Shown here: positions 38,805-49,780 of the stretch, in pieces
Position numbering within the stretch: position 1 is the stretch's first letter
How the letters are laid out: each line of letters opens with the position of its first letter
Source: Octopus sinensis
Lineage: Eukaryota
Length of the DNA stretch: 64,000 nt
NCBI RefSeq assembly: GCF_006345805.1
Contig: NC_043014.1
Coordinates: 16,802,001 to 16,866,000 of the forward strand
Reading direction: 5' to 3'
Translations under genes and position numbers: made by a program
The notes under the pieces: generated by a model
What the model saw: the letters and a program-made list of their open reading frames with translations, nothing else
What the model was told of the DNA's origin: nothing
Database searches by the model: none

Positions 38805-39580
38805 TTCATGTGCCGGTGGCATATAAAAAGCACCATCCGAACGTGGTCAATGCAAGACTCCCCTGGTACCTGTGCTGGTGGCACGTAAAAAGTACCATCC
38901 GAACGTGGCCGATGCCAGCGCCACCTTGACTGGCTTCTGTGCTGGTGGCATATAAAAAGCACCATCTGAACGTGGCCGATGCCAGACTCCCCTGGCACCT
39001 GTGCTGGTGGCACGTAAAAAGTACCATCCGAATGTGGCTGATGCCAGACTCCCCTGGCACCTGTGCTGGTGGCACGTAAAAAGTACCATCCTAATGTGGC
39101 CGATGCCAGCGCCGCCTTGACTGGCTTCTGTGCCGGTGGCATATAAAAAGCACCATCTGAACGTGGCCGATGCCAGACTCCCCTAGCACCTGTGCCGGTG
39201 GCACGTTAAAAGCACCATCCAAATGTGTCTGATGCCAGCACCGCCTTGACTGGCTTCCATGCTGGTGGCAAGTTAAAAGCACCATCCGAATGTGGCCGAT
39301 GCCAGCGCCGTCTTGACTGGCTTCTGTGCTGGTGGCACGTAAAAAGCACCAACCGATCGTGGCCGATGCCAGACTCCCCTGGCACCTGTGCCGGTGACAC
39401 GTAAAAAGCACCCACTACACTCACAGAGTGGTTGGTGTTAGGAAGGGCATCCAGCCGTAGAAACACTACCAGATCAGACTGGAGCCTGGTGCAGTCTCCT
39501 GGCTTCCCAGACCCCGGTCAAACCATCCAACCCATGCAAGCATGGAAAATGGACGTTAAACGATGATGATGATGATGATA
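38805..39580 (+). mobile_element. RTE 3' UTR with about 10 tandem 60-68-bp units and (GAT)n tail
   Basis: Repeated tggcacgtaaaaagcaccatccgaacgtggccgatgccag; ends ggacgttaaacgatgatgatgat. Confidence 0.85.
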
Positions 39581-39609
39581 AATTATTTGCTCCATATTGA
39601 AATTATATA

Positions 39610-39833
39610 TACTCTTTTACTCGTTTACTTGTTTCAGTCATTTGACTGCAGCCATGCTGGAGCACCGCCTTTAATTGAGCAACTCGACCCCAGGACTTAT
39701 TCTTTTGTAAGCCCAGTACTTATTCTATCGGTCTCTTTTGCCGAACCGCTAAATAACGGGGACATAAACACACCAGCATCGGTTGTCAAGCAATGCTAGG
39801 GGGACAAACACAGACACACAAACACACACATGC

Positions 39834-39904
<71 letters not shown>

Positions 39905-40542
39905 CGGGAAGCTTTATGAAAATAGACAAAAGACGAAGGCAGGTGGAAAAAAAACAAACAATTGTATTAGTATGGCGCTCAGGAAATATAAATAAAACAA
40001 GTCTTTAACGTTTCGAGCCTACGCTCTTCAACAGAAAGATACACAGAGAGAAAAAAAACACAGAAAGAAGGAGAGAAAAAAATGCGTGCAGTAACTAACG
40101 AATCAATATATGAGAAAATAAAAATACAACAAACGGGACAGTTTATGCGAACAAGTTCAAGGTTGAAAGTTCAAGGTGAGAAATGTGTAGACGTCGTGGT
40201 ATATTTTTTGAGGATTTCACATCAATGCAAAGTCACTTTGATCCGCGAAAGAGAGGTGCAGCCAATGGTAAGTATCCAAGAGGTAAAGAAAATCCAAGGT
40301 AGAGGTAAGTGTTGATAGTGGTATTGGTAGAATATAGGATGAAAGTGAGACCACGTGAGCGCATAATATATACATATATACGACAGGCTTCTTTCAGTTT
40401 CCGTCTACCAAATCCACTCACAAGGCTTTGGTTGGCCTGAGGCTATAGTAGGCGACACTTGCCCAAGGTGCTACGCAGTGGGACTGAACCCGGAACCATG
40501 TGGCTGGTAAACAAGCTACTTACCACACAGCCACTCCTGCAC
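39610..40542 (-). mobile_element. Family A SINE split by a (TA)n tract and a Penelope-like remnant (about 39900-40370)
   Basis: SINE 3' half 39610-39830, 5' half 40380-40542. Confidence 0.75.
40002..40039 (-). ncRNA. Minimal type I hammerhead-ribozyme-like motif
   Basis: tcttt CTGTTGA a GAGC gtag GCTC GAAA cg TT aaaga: 5-bp helix I, 4-bp helix II, palindromic AACGTT in place of helix III; core variant at position 6. Confidence 0.6.
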
Positions 40543-40609
40543 CTATATATGTATATATATATTAATGAATCAATTAATTAATGATTTTACCAAGTATATC
40601 GTTATGTTA

Positions 40610-40930
40610 AAATAACCTTTCGGTTAGTATGCTCCACTGGATGTGTTATGTATGTGTACATATTTGAGAGAGTGTTAATGTATTGAGGAAGAAGTTGGGC
40701 ATGAGAGGAATTTGTTGCTGTGTGCAAGAGAGGAGACTGCAATGGTTTGGTCATGTGATGCAGATGGATGATGACAGCTTCATAAAGAAGTGCTGGTCTC
40801 TTAGTGGATGGAAATGGGAGAGCCAGGAAGCCATGGGATGAAATACTGAAGAACAACCCTCAGGAATCTCAACCTTTCAGGTGAGATGAGAAAGACCGAC
40901 ACACCTGGCACCTGGATGTACTCAAGAAGA
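40610..40930 (+). mobile_element. RTE ORF2 extreme C-terminal remnant
   Basis: ERRLQWFGHVMQMDDDSFIKKCW-like segment. Confidence 0.7.
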
Positions 40931-41231
40931 TATGGTTGTGTAAAGTACCCATGGTGGTACCATGTAAAAGTCCCTGTGTGGAGACGGGTTGTAGCACTTC
41001 TGCAGCAACGTGTAAACATGCCAGCGTGGTTCATGTAAAAGCATCCATGTGGTGTCACGTAAAAATGCCCATGTGGGAGCATTTAAAAGTGTCTGTGTGG
41101 TGCCACATAAAAGCATCCAACACACTCTGTAAAGTGATTCACATCATATGGAGTCTACAGTCACCAGTGGAATATGTGCAGTGAGTGTAGTTCTTTATGA
41201 ATGTGATGACAGTTACATGTGGGTGTATGCA

Positions 41232-41618
41232 GGTATGGCCTGGTCAGCCTGTAATGACATGCATAAGATCTGGTCATCAAATCTAAATAGAGACTTCAAA
41301 CTTGAAATCTTTAAAGCCACAGTCGAACCAATTCTACTATATGGCTCAGAAACCTGGACATTACCAAAGAAGCTTGAGAGGCGGTTGGATGGAACTTCAT
41401 CATCTGAAAAAGATTTTCTAACTATAAAGGGTATGGCCTGGTCAGCCTGTAATGATATGCATAAAAACTGGTCATCAAATCTTAGTAGAGACTTCAAACT
41501 TGAAAATTTCAAAGCCACAGTCGAACCAATTCTACTATATGGCTCAGAAACCTGGACGTTATCAAAGACGCTTGAGAGGCGGTTGGATGGAACTTCATCA
41601 TCTGAAAAAGATTTTCTA
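41232..41618 (+). repeat. Two tandem copies (198-bp period) of an RTE RT-thumb fragment
   Basis: GMAWSACNDMHKIWSSNL..ATVEPILLYGSETWTL..ERRLDGT twice, in frame; units start at 41232 and 41430. Confidence 0.9.
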
Positions 41619-42106
41619 GCTGAAATATGAGCCGGAGGTTTAGCGAGTCTAGGTTCTCAATAAAATTTGTTATAACTCTATATCTAGCAAAACACGATGC
41701 AATTTATAAGGGAGTATTTTTAGATACAATTTATTCCAACATAAAAGTCAGACAAACTCGTTCTAATAGGGCATCCACTTTTGGGCTGGTGTAAATATCA
41801 CCACTCGATATTAATGCTGTCTCTGTCGCTAATATATATGTTTTAAACATTATTTTATTAATATTCGATTTACTTAAAAAACTAATGCTTATGCAAAACG
41901 TGCACTTGATACACATAATTGCCTATTGCATTATGTCAATCGTAATTCACATTAAAAAAGTATTATGAAATATATTGTGAATATATTACTTCTTTGGACT
42001 TTCTGATTTTACGTAAATAAAAACCAGTGAATGCCTTGACTGCTAATTTTAAATTTATTTCACAATTCTCTAAAAGTTACGCATAGGTTCAATTAATGAA
42101 AAGAAA

Positions 42107-42138
<32 letters not shown>

Positions 42139-42612
42139 AATTAGAGAAAAAACACTATTATATATATTATGTATTTATATTGTGAAATTTGGTTTATTAG
42201 TAAACTGAATTTTTCCCTGTAAGTTTGGAGTCATAAATGAGCGATGGCTAGAAGAATATTGAGCTTTATTTGATAAACAGCTGATCTAGTGGTCCGTGTT
42301 ATATAATCATCACAACAAACATGAACAATCAACGTCGCCCATTGTCTCCCTTGATAAAAGGACTTTCACTTTGTTTCCCGCCAAAAACAATTAACTTGTA
42401 CAACAACGGCAGTCGAATAAAGTATCTTGTATCGTTAACACGTTGTTTCAGTCTCTCTCATTTTCTTAATCTTTCATACTAAGTACTCACTACTTCCTTA
42501 ATACTCAATACATTATATATATATAACAACAACATTGTGTCAGAATACTAAAAGAACCCAAAATACAGAAACCAAAGGAAAAAAGAAGTTGAAATCATAC
42601 TTCAAAGACGAA

Positions 42613-43452
42613 ATGGAAAATTTACCGCATCCAAAAGACCTAGACTTTAATCAGGAAAATCTAGCCGCAGCATGGAAAAAGTGGAAAAAAGAATTCAATC
42701 TCTTTTTGATAGCCATAGAAAGTGACATGAAGCCAGACAAAGTAAAAACTTCAATGTTTTTAACTTGCATCGGTTCTAAAGGCCGAGATATCCATTCCAC
42801 ACTGGATTTCGATTCACCCGACGAAGAAATGAACCTTCAGACAGTAATCGAAAAATTCGATGCATATTGTGAACCCAGGAAAAACATAACTTTCCTAAGA
42901 CACAAATTCTTCACATGTGGACAAGCGGAACATCAAAAATTCGATGAGTACGTAGTAGAGTTGCGTCAAAAGGCACAACAGTGCGAATTCGGCAACCTCA
43001 CAGACAGTCTCACCAAAGATATTCTGATATGTGGAATCAGAGACATGAGATTAAGAGAAAGATTATTGAGAGAACCAAATTTAGACCTACAAAAAACAAT
43101 TCAAGCAGGTCAGAGTGCAGAGCAAACACGACTCCAATCAAGGATGCTAAATGCCACATCCGAAACAAGAGATAACGAAATCTCGAGGGTATATAGTCAA
43201 CACGACAGAAAAGGCGCCAAAACCCAAATAACCCGCCATATGCAATCCAGACATCGAAACGAACAAGCGGAAGTGACAGAAAGCCCGCGAAGTTTCAAGC
43301 GCCAAGTCAACACTACGTCACTAACTGTCACTATTGTGGTTATAATCACAAAAGAAATAAATGCCCAGCATTTCACAAGACATGTGAAAAATGCAAGAAA
43401 CAAGGACACTATGCAAAAATGTGCAAATCAAGAAAATTTGTACATAAAGTAG
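42613..43452 (+). CDS. gag: Gag (capsid region); shifts to the -1 frame between about 43197 and 43320 to reach the zinc knuckle
   Basis: MENLPHPKDLDF..AWKKWKKEF..YCEPRKNITFLRHKF..LRERLLREP; -1 frame gives CHYCGYNH..CEKCKKQGHYAKMC. Confidence 0.9.
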   Translation: MENLPHPKDLDFNQENLAAAWKKWKKEFNLFLIAIESDMKPDKVKTSMFLTCIGSKGRDIHSTLDFDSPDEEMNLQTVIEKFDAYCEPRKNITFLRHKFFTCGQAEHQKFDEYVVELRQKAQQCEFGNLTDSLTKDILICGIRDMRLRERLLREPNLDLQKTIQAGQSAEQTRLQSRMLNATSETRDNEISRVYSQHDRKGAKTQITRHMQSRHRNEQAEVTESPRSFKRQVNTTSLTVTIVVIITKEINAQHFTRHVKNARNKDTMQKCANQENLYIK

Positions 43453-43937
43453 AGATACATACCGACGATGAATCAGATGACGATACACATGCACTCGAAA
43501 TGATCACTGCAAATAATTCCCGCGTGCACAAAATCGAAAAGTTCAAGACTCCAAAAGACATTTGGACGGTCGAACTAAAAGTGAACAACTCGAATGTAAC
43601 ATTCAAAATAGATACAGGAGCAGACGTAACCGTACTGCCATTCAGAGAATATAGAAATATAATTCCAAAACCACAACTGCAAAAAACTTCAACTCGATTA
43701 TCAGCTTATAATAACACAGCTATAAAAGTGCTAGGAAAATGCACAGCAGTCATTAAATACAAAGAATTATCAAAGCAAATAAAATTCATTGTTGCAAAAA
43801 CAAACTCGCACGCAGTTATAGATGCAAAGACAGCTAAAGATCTGAACCTGATTCAGAGAATTTCAAAAATAAATTCGTCGAACAAAAAATCGATCACTAA
43901 ATGCCCCCCCCCCCCAGAATCCAAAGATTTCTACTAA
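43197..43937 (+). CDS. Zinc knuckle plus aspartic protease, fused in frame to the RNase H tail
   Basis: CEKCKKQGHYAKMC; FKIDTGADVTVLP; then directly KKSITKCPP with no YxDD RT domain. Confidence 0.9.
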   Translation, partial: STRQKRRQNPNNPPYAIQTSKRTSGSDRKPAKFQAPSQHYVTNCHYCGYNHKRNKCPAFHKTCEKCKKQGHYAKMCKSRKFVHKVEIHTDDESDDDTHALEMITANNSRVHKIEKFKTPKDIWTVELKVNNSNVTFKIDTGADVTVLPFREYRNIIPKPQLQKTSTRLSAYNNTAIKVLGKCTAVIKYKELSKQIKFIVAKTNSHAVIDAKTAKDLNLIQRISKINSSNKKSITKCPPPPESKDFY

Positions 43938-45337
43938 CATTACAAAGATATGATTTTGACCTAAACCACATACCTGGTAAAGAATCAATTGTTGCAGATA
44001 CCCTATCACGTGCATACCTTGAGCAAAATACTCCAGAAGTATCAGACGAAGATATGAAATCGCACATTCATGCAGTAATAAAAAATTACCCCATAACCGA
44101 CACTAAATTAAACGAGTATAAAGAAGCCACTGCAGACGACCCGTCTCAACAGACACTCGTCACATTTACAAGAACAGAATGGCCCCCAAAAGACAAAATA
44201 CCAATAAACATCAAACCATTCGTATCTGTTCATGATGAAATATCAATCGTCAATGGTCTCGTTCTAAAAGGTTCAAGAATAATTGTACCTAAGTCATTAC
44301 GTAGAGAAGCTCTACAGGAAATACATACCGGACACATGGGTATCGAAAAATGCATAGAGAGAGCCAAGGAATGTATATACTGGCCCGGCATTAACGCTCA
44401 AATCAAAGACATGATTAACACATGCTCATACTGCATTGACTACAAAAATCAACAAGCAGCCGAACCACTAATAAATCATGAAATACCTACTACACCATGG
44501 ACCAAAGTAGGTACAGACGTATTTCACCTGTCTGGAAATTCGTATGTCACAATTATTGACTATACAACAAGATTTTTTGATCTACACGAAATAAAAGATT
44601 GCCAGTCAAAAACCGTAATCAAAAAATTAAAAGAAACTTTTGCTAAATTCGGAATTCCGCAAACAGTTATAAGTGACAACGGTCCAGAATTCAATTCGGC
44701 TGAATTCAAAAAATTTGCAAAAAATTGGCATTTTCATCACACGAAGACAAGCCCGCATTATCATCAAGCGAATGGCATGGTTGAGAGAAATATACAGACA
44801 ATAAAAAACGCTAAAAAGGCATTCAAAAGTGACGAAGAACCTCAGTTAGCGCTCTTAGCATTACGCACGACTAAATTACAAAATGGTGCACCATCCCCTG
44901 CAAATCAAATAATGAATAGAATATTGCGAACAAATCTCCCAAACATACTACACGACAAAATTGGTATCAGGCCTCACGAAAAGAAGAAATCAAACATTAC
45001 AACAGAACTCCCAGAGTTAAAACCACACGACACGGTTAGAATTAAGTTTAACAACAATTGGTTTAGAAGGGGCAAAATAATTAAAAAACTAGAGCAACCT
45101 CGTTCATACTTAGTAATAACAGAGGAAGGAAATACAGTCAAACGAAATAGACAACATATTCTTAAAACAAACGAACACGTTCGCATAACAGAAGAATTAG
45201 ATTATGAAAATATATTTCCAAAGTCAACAAACACGCATGAAAAAACAAAAACAGCACAACTACAGAATTCAACACTACAAAATAATAAAACCACAAAAAG
45301 TGGACGACGAGTAATTATTCCCTGTAGATACAGATGA
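43901..45337 (+). CDS. RNase H tail plus intact integrase
   Basis: PPRIQRFLLTLQRYDF..VADTLSRA; HTGHMG..CSYC (HHCC); VGTDVF, ISDNGPEF, NGMVERNIQT (D,D35E); joined to the protease frame across a 12-C run. Confidence 0.95.
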   Translation: MPPPPRIQRFLLTLQRYDFDLNHIPGKESIVADTLSRAYLEQNTPEVSDEDMKSHIHAVIKNYPITDTKLNEYKEATADDPSQQTLVTFTRTEWPPKDKIPINIKPFVSVHDEISIVNGLVLKGSRIIVPKSLRREALQEIHTGHMGIEKCIERAKECIYWPGINAQIKDMINTCSYCIDYKNQQAAEPLINHEIPTTPWTKVGTDVFHLSGNSYVTIIDYTTRFFDLHEIKDCQSKTVIKKLKETFAKFGIPQTVISDNGPEFNSAEFKKFAKNWHFHHTKTSPHYHQANGMVERNIQTIKNAKKAFKSDEEPQLALLALRTTKLQNGAPSPANQIMNRILRTNLPNILHDKIGIRPHEKKKSNITTELPELKPHDTVRIKFNNNWFRRGKIIKKLEQPRSYLVITEEGNTVKRNRQHILKTNEHVRITEELDYENIFPKSTNTHEKTKTAQLQNSTLQNNKTTKSGRRVIIPCRYR

Positions 45338-46097
45338 TATAAAAAAATTAAAAAAAAAAAAAAAAAAAGGAAGATGTTATATAATCATCACAACAAACAT
45401 GAACAATCAACGTCGCCCATTGTCTCCCTTGATAAAAGGACTTTCACTTTGTTTCCCGCCAAAAACAATTAACTTGTACAACAACGGCAGTCGAATAAAG
45501 TATCTTGTATCGTTAACACGTTGTTTCAGTCTCTCTCATTTTCTTAATCTTTCATACTAAGTACTCACTACTTCCTTTAATACTCAATACATTATATATA
45601 TATAACAACAACAGTCCGAACAAATATCACAAAACATATTCCAACGATCAAATGTTTCGACCAAATACAAAACTGAATACTGCTGCTGTTGTGTGATGAT
45701 GGATGATGAGTGATGAGTTATGATGATGATGATGGTGGTGGTAGTGATGGTAATGATGATGAAATAGATGACGATGACAACATCGACCATAATGGTGGCA
45801 GCAGTTGTAGTGTTTGTCGTGATGATAATTGCAGCAGATAGAGAAATATTAATCAACTATAATTACAACTGTAGTGATTGATAATAAATCATTAGCTTAA
45901 TTATGCATTGTATTTTCTTTCTTAAAAGAGAAGGAAACAGGGAAGTAATTGTGAAATTAAATTGATATTAATTTTAAATGGAACGAAACGGTGGAATGAC
46001 TGTGGTTATTGATGGAGTGGTTAAGACAAAGGTAGACTTATTTCAGTGTTATTTGTTAATTCGTTTAGTTTAACTCGTAAAATATTAATGAATGATG

Positions 46098-46445
46098 GAA
46101 GTGAGGGTGGGAGGGAAGGAAGGAAGAAATGAATGAGGGAGGTAAGTAAGGAAGGAAGGGGGAGGAAATGAATGAGGAAAGGAAAGAAAGAAGGAAGGAA
46201 GGTAGGTAGGAAGGAAATAAGTAGGTAAGGAAGAAAGTAAGGAAGGAAGGAATGAAGGGAGGAAGGTGGGTAGGAAGGGAATAAGGAGATAAGGAAGTAT
46301 GGAAGGAAGGAAAGAAAGAAGGGAGTAAGTAAGTATGGAAGGTATGGAGGAAAGAAGGAAATAAGGGAGTAATTTAGTAATTAGGTAAGGAAGTATGGAA
46401 GGAAGGAAAGAAGGAAGGAAATGAAGGAAGGAAGGATGGAAGAAA
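46098..46445. repeat. Purine-rich (GGAA/GTAA)-like low-complexity tract
   Basis: Direct inspection. Confidence 0.9.
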
Positions 46446-47609
46446 CGATCAAACGAACGAACGGACCCTATGGACCCCTTCAATTCCTAATTTACTTGGA
46501 TGCACCTCCGTAGCCATTCGATGTTTAAACAAAGCGTAATATATTTTTATAATTAAATATTATTAGGAATTGTTTTCAAAAAAATTGTTAAAATATTTTG
46601 TGTCTTGTAGAAATAAAATCAATTTTTTTGCAACAAATATAAAATAATCAATTTTTATCAAACAAAATCTTATATGAACCTCCAAGGGTCTGTTGAGATC
46701 TACTAGAAGCCACTGGGATGGATTTGCCTGTTCTCATGGCTGAAGCCTGGGGATGTAAGACACAACTACCTATTTCTTTACTACCCACAAGGGGCTAAAC
46801 ACAGAGGGAACAAACAAGGACAGACAAATGGATTAAGTCGATTACCTTGACCACAGTGCGTAACTGGTACTTAATTTATCAACCCCGAAAGGATGAAAGG
46901 CAAAGTCGACCTCTGCAGAATTTGAACTCAGAACGTAACGGCAGACGAAATACGGCTGCGCATTTAGCCCGGCGTGCTAACGTTTCTGCCAGCTCACTGC
47001 CTTCAACTACCATTACTCCCCAGACTCTGGGATTCAGTACTGGAACCACACGCTCCGGCAGGTCCTTTCCGTCCATTCTATGAAATCCTCACACACGTCT
47101 TAGAATACAAGTTGCCATGAATATCTGGAATTAATTTTAAAGTTTTTTAAAAATTTTATTCAATTTCGTGACTTTATTGTTTTAATTTTACTTGTTTCAG
47201 TCATTGGACTGTGGCCATGCTGGAGCACCGCCTTTTAATCGAAGAAATCGATCCCAGAACTTATTCTGTGTAAGCTTAGTACTTACTTTATTGGTCTTTT
47301 TTGCCAAAATGCTATGCTACAGAGACGTAAACACACCGACATCGGTTGTCAAGCGATGGAAGCTGGAAACAGACACAAAGACACACACCCAAATATATGC
47401 TTACACACACACACACACATATATATATATGACGAGCTTTCAGTTTCCATCAACCAAATCCACTCAGAAGGCTTTGGTCACCCTGAGGCCACAGCAGAAG
47501 ACACTTGCCCAAGGTAACACACTGTAGAACTGTGCCTGGAACCATGGTTGGGAAGCGAGCTTCTTACTATACAGCCACGCATGCGCCTGAAGACGTTTGC
47601 TACATGTTT

Positions 47610-48020
47610 TATCTTTTACTTGTTTCAGTCGTTTGACTGTGGCCATGCCGGAGCACTGCCTTGAAATGATTTTAAAGCGAACAAATCGATCCCAGGACTT
47701 ATTTTGTTTGAGACTTGTACTTATTCTACCTGTCTCTTGAACGAAACGCTAAGGTACGGAGACGTAATCACACCAACACCGGTTGTCAAACGGTGGTGCG
47801 TGGGGGTGGGGAGTGGACAAACACAGACACAAAGACACACACGCACACACATAGATATATACATAAGATAGGCTTCTTTCAGTTTCCGTCTACCAAATCC
47901 ACTCACAAATCTTTGGTCGGCCCGAAGCTATTGTAGAAGACACTTGTTCACCGTGCTATGCAGTGGGACTGAACTCCGAACCATGTGGCTGGGAAGCAAG
48001 CTTCTTTCCACATAGTCACG
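47610..48020 (-). mobile_element. Family A SINE whose head is fused to a 5S rRNA fragment
   Basis: Full body and tail; 5' end joins the 5S sequence at 48015-48021. Confidence 0.85.
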
Positions 48021-48106
48021 CCATCTAAGTACTAATTAGGCTCGACGTTGCTTAACTTCGGTGATCGGACGAGAACCGGTGCTTTCAACGTGATATGGCC
48101 GTAAGC
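48021..48106 (-). rRNA. 5S rRNA pseudogene (first 86 nt)
   Basis: GCTTACGGCCATATCACGTTGAAAGCACCGGTTCTCGTCCGATCACCGAAGTTAAGCAACGTCGAGCC..TAGTACTTAGATGG matches metazoan 5S from nt 1; box A intact, truncated in box C. Confidence 0.92.
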
Positions 48107-48744
48107 CATATGTAATATATGTAGCCTACACACACACACAGACATACATATCTATATATGTATGTATGCATATTCTTTTTCAGCGAGTTCCTTATTTAGC
48201 AAAGGTACTTGGGCCATCAATCTTTCAATGCACCAATTTACAAAACGGTGCCGTTTAGAAGTACACAACACCGTTTCATTAGCACGTACGGTTGGCCATA
48301 AATTGTAAAGGCGACAGGAAACGTCCTTCGTATATCTTTCGTCAAATAGCTTCATAATGGCAAACTTCACCGGTGTTGCCCACACGATTTAATGGTTTCT
48401 GTCTAAAGACAATTTATAATACGTAGAACGCCTATTTATAAATAAGGGTAAACCGTCACCGACACAGCATTTTCTTAAACCCAACAAAACCGTTTCAAGA
48501 AGTCCGTGTGTGAAATAAGAAAAACCTCACAAACTCAAAACTGAAAAAGTCTCCTGCTCATATCGTGTAAATGGTGTTGTGTTGTGATCTCAGACAAATA
48601 CTGAAAGATTATCGTTGTTGTAATTGCCAACTTATCTACCATCAAGTAACATGGAGCTAATTGCAGGGGCGTGACAGGCTATTATATATATATTAGCTCC
48701 ATAATGTTGCTGCAGCTGTTGTTTAGTCTTTGATAGCCCTTTTT

Positions 48745-49490
48745 TTTAACTACCCACAAGGGGCTAAACGCAGAGAGGACAAACAAGGGTAGACGCAACC
48801 CCAGTGCATAACTGATACTTATTTAATCGACCTCGAAAGGATGAAAGGCAAAGTCGACCTCGGCGGAATTTGAACTCAGAACGTAACGGCAGACGAAATA
48901 CCGCGAAGCATTTCGCCCAGCGTGCTAACGTTTCTGCCAGCTTACCGCCTTGCGATAAGAATGAGCAATAGATAATATATTTCTTTACTACCGACAAGGG
49001 GCTAAACACAGAGGGGACAAACAAGAACAGACAAAGGGATTAAGTCTATTACATCGACCCCAGTGCGTAACTGGTACTTAATTTATCGGCCCCTAAAGGA
49101 TGAAAGGCAAAGTCGACCTCGGCGGAATTTGAATTCGGAACGTAACGACAGACGAAATACGGCTACGCATTTCACCCGGCGTGCTAACGTTACCTTCATC
49201 CAGTAGATAGATCTATGACAAAATGTATTCCATTTGCGACGACCCTGTCCTATTAATATTAATAAGGCTGCGAACTGGCAGAATCGTTACCGTGCCGGGC
49301 AAAATGCTTAGCGGCATTTTGTCCGTCTTTATCTTCCGAGTTCAAAGTCCATCGAGGTCGACTTTTCCTTTCATCCTTTCGGTCTTCACACAAAATAAGT
49401 ACAAGTTGAATACTGGGGTTGATGTTATCGACTTAAACCTCCCCGCTCCCTCCCAACAATTGCTGGTCTTGTGCCAAAATTTGAAACTAG
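48745..49490. mobile_element. Cluster of three family B tRNA-derived SINEs (Meta-domain-like)
   Basis: ggcgagctggcagaa head; gcctttcatcctttcggggtcgataaa..agtacc central motif; two on minus, one on plus; other copies at about 7540-7850, 26430-26656, 29785-30010, 46775-47005, 51822-52050, 57630-57810. Confidence 0.8.
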
Positions 49491-49780
49491 TATTACTCGA
49501 TTAAATTTATTCAATGTAATCGTTCATTATGTAAGGCGCTTTTGATGGTTGAAGGAGATTTGGTTGCTATTTCTAGTTGACCGAGAAACAGCCCAGATAA
49601 CAGTAGTGATGTGAACATTAGTACTGATTTCTTATTTACTTTGATATTCTCATATTGCTCTCTCTCTCTCTCTTTCTCTCTCTCTTTATCTCCCTCTCTG
49701 TATATATATATAACAATTTTTTTTGCGTTATGAGATAAAAAAAAACCAAGGCTGTGTCGATATTAGAACTTAGCTAGAAG

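Larger units (their letters stand above)
42297..45613 (+). mobile_element. Ty3/Gypsy (Mag-like) LTR retrotransposon, 3317 bp, RT/RNase H deleted
   Basis: TG..CA LTRs 42297-42534 and 45375-45613 differing by one indel; 5-bp TSD GTCCG (42292-42296, 45614-45618); PBS-like ttgtgtcagaa; polypurine tract before 3' LTR. Confidence 0.97.

Noticed and set aside
38805-39420. CRISPR-like repeat/spacer appearance
   Set aside because: Spacers are two recurring variants, the array sits in a LINE 3' UTR of an animal genome, and there are no cas genes
43197-43320. Programmed -1 frameshift in Gag
   Set aside because: No X XXY YYZ slippery site seen and the shift falls before the zinc knuckle; more likely a mutation or read error
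46085-46483. 132-aa L/P/S/F-rich ORF
   Set aside because: Antisense translation of the purine-rich low-complexity tract
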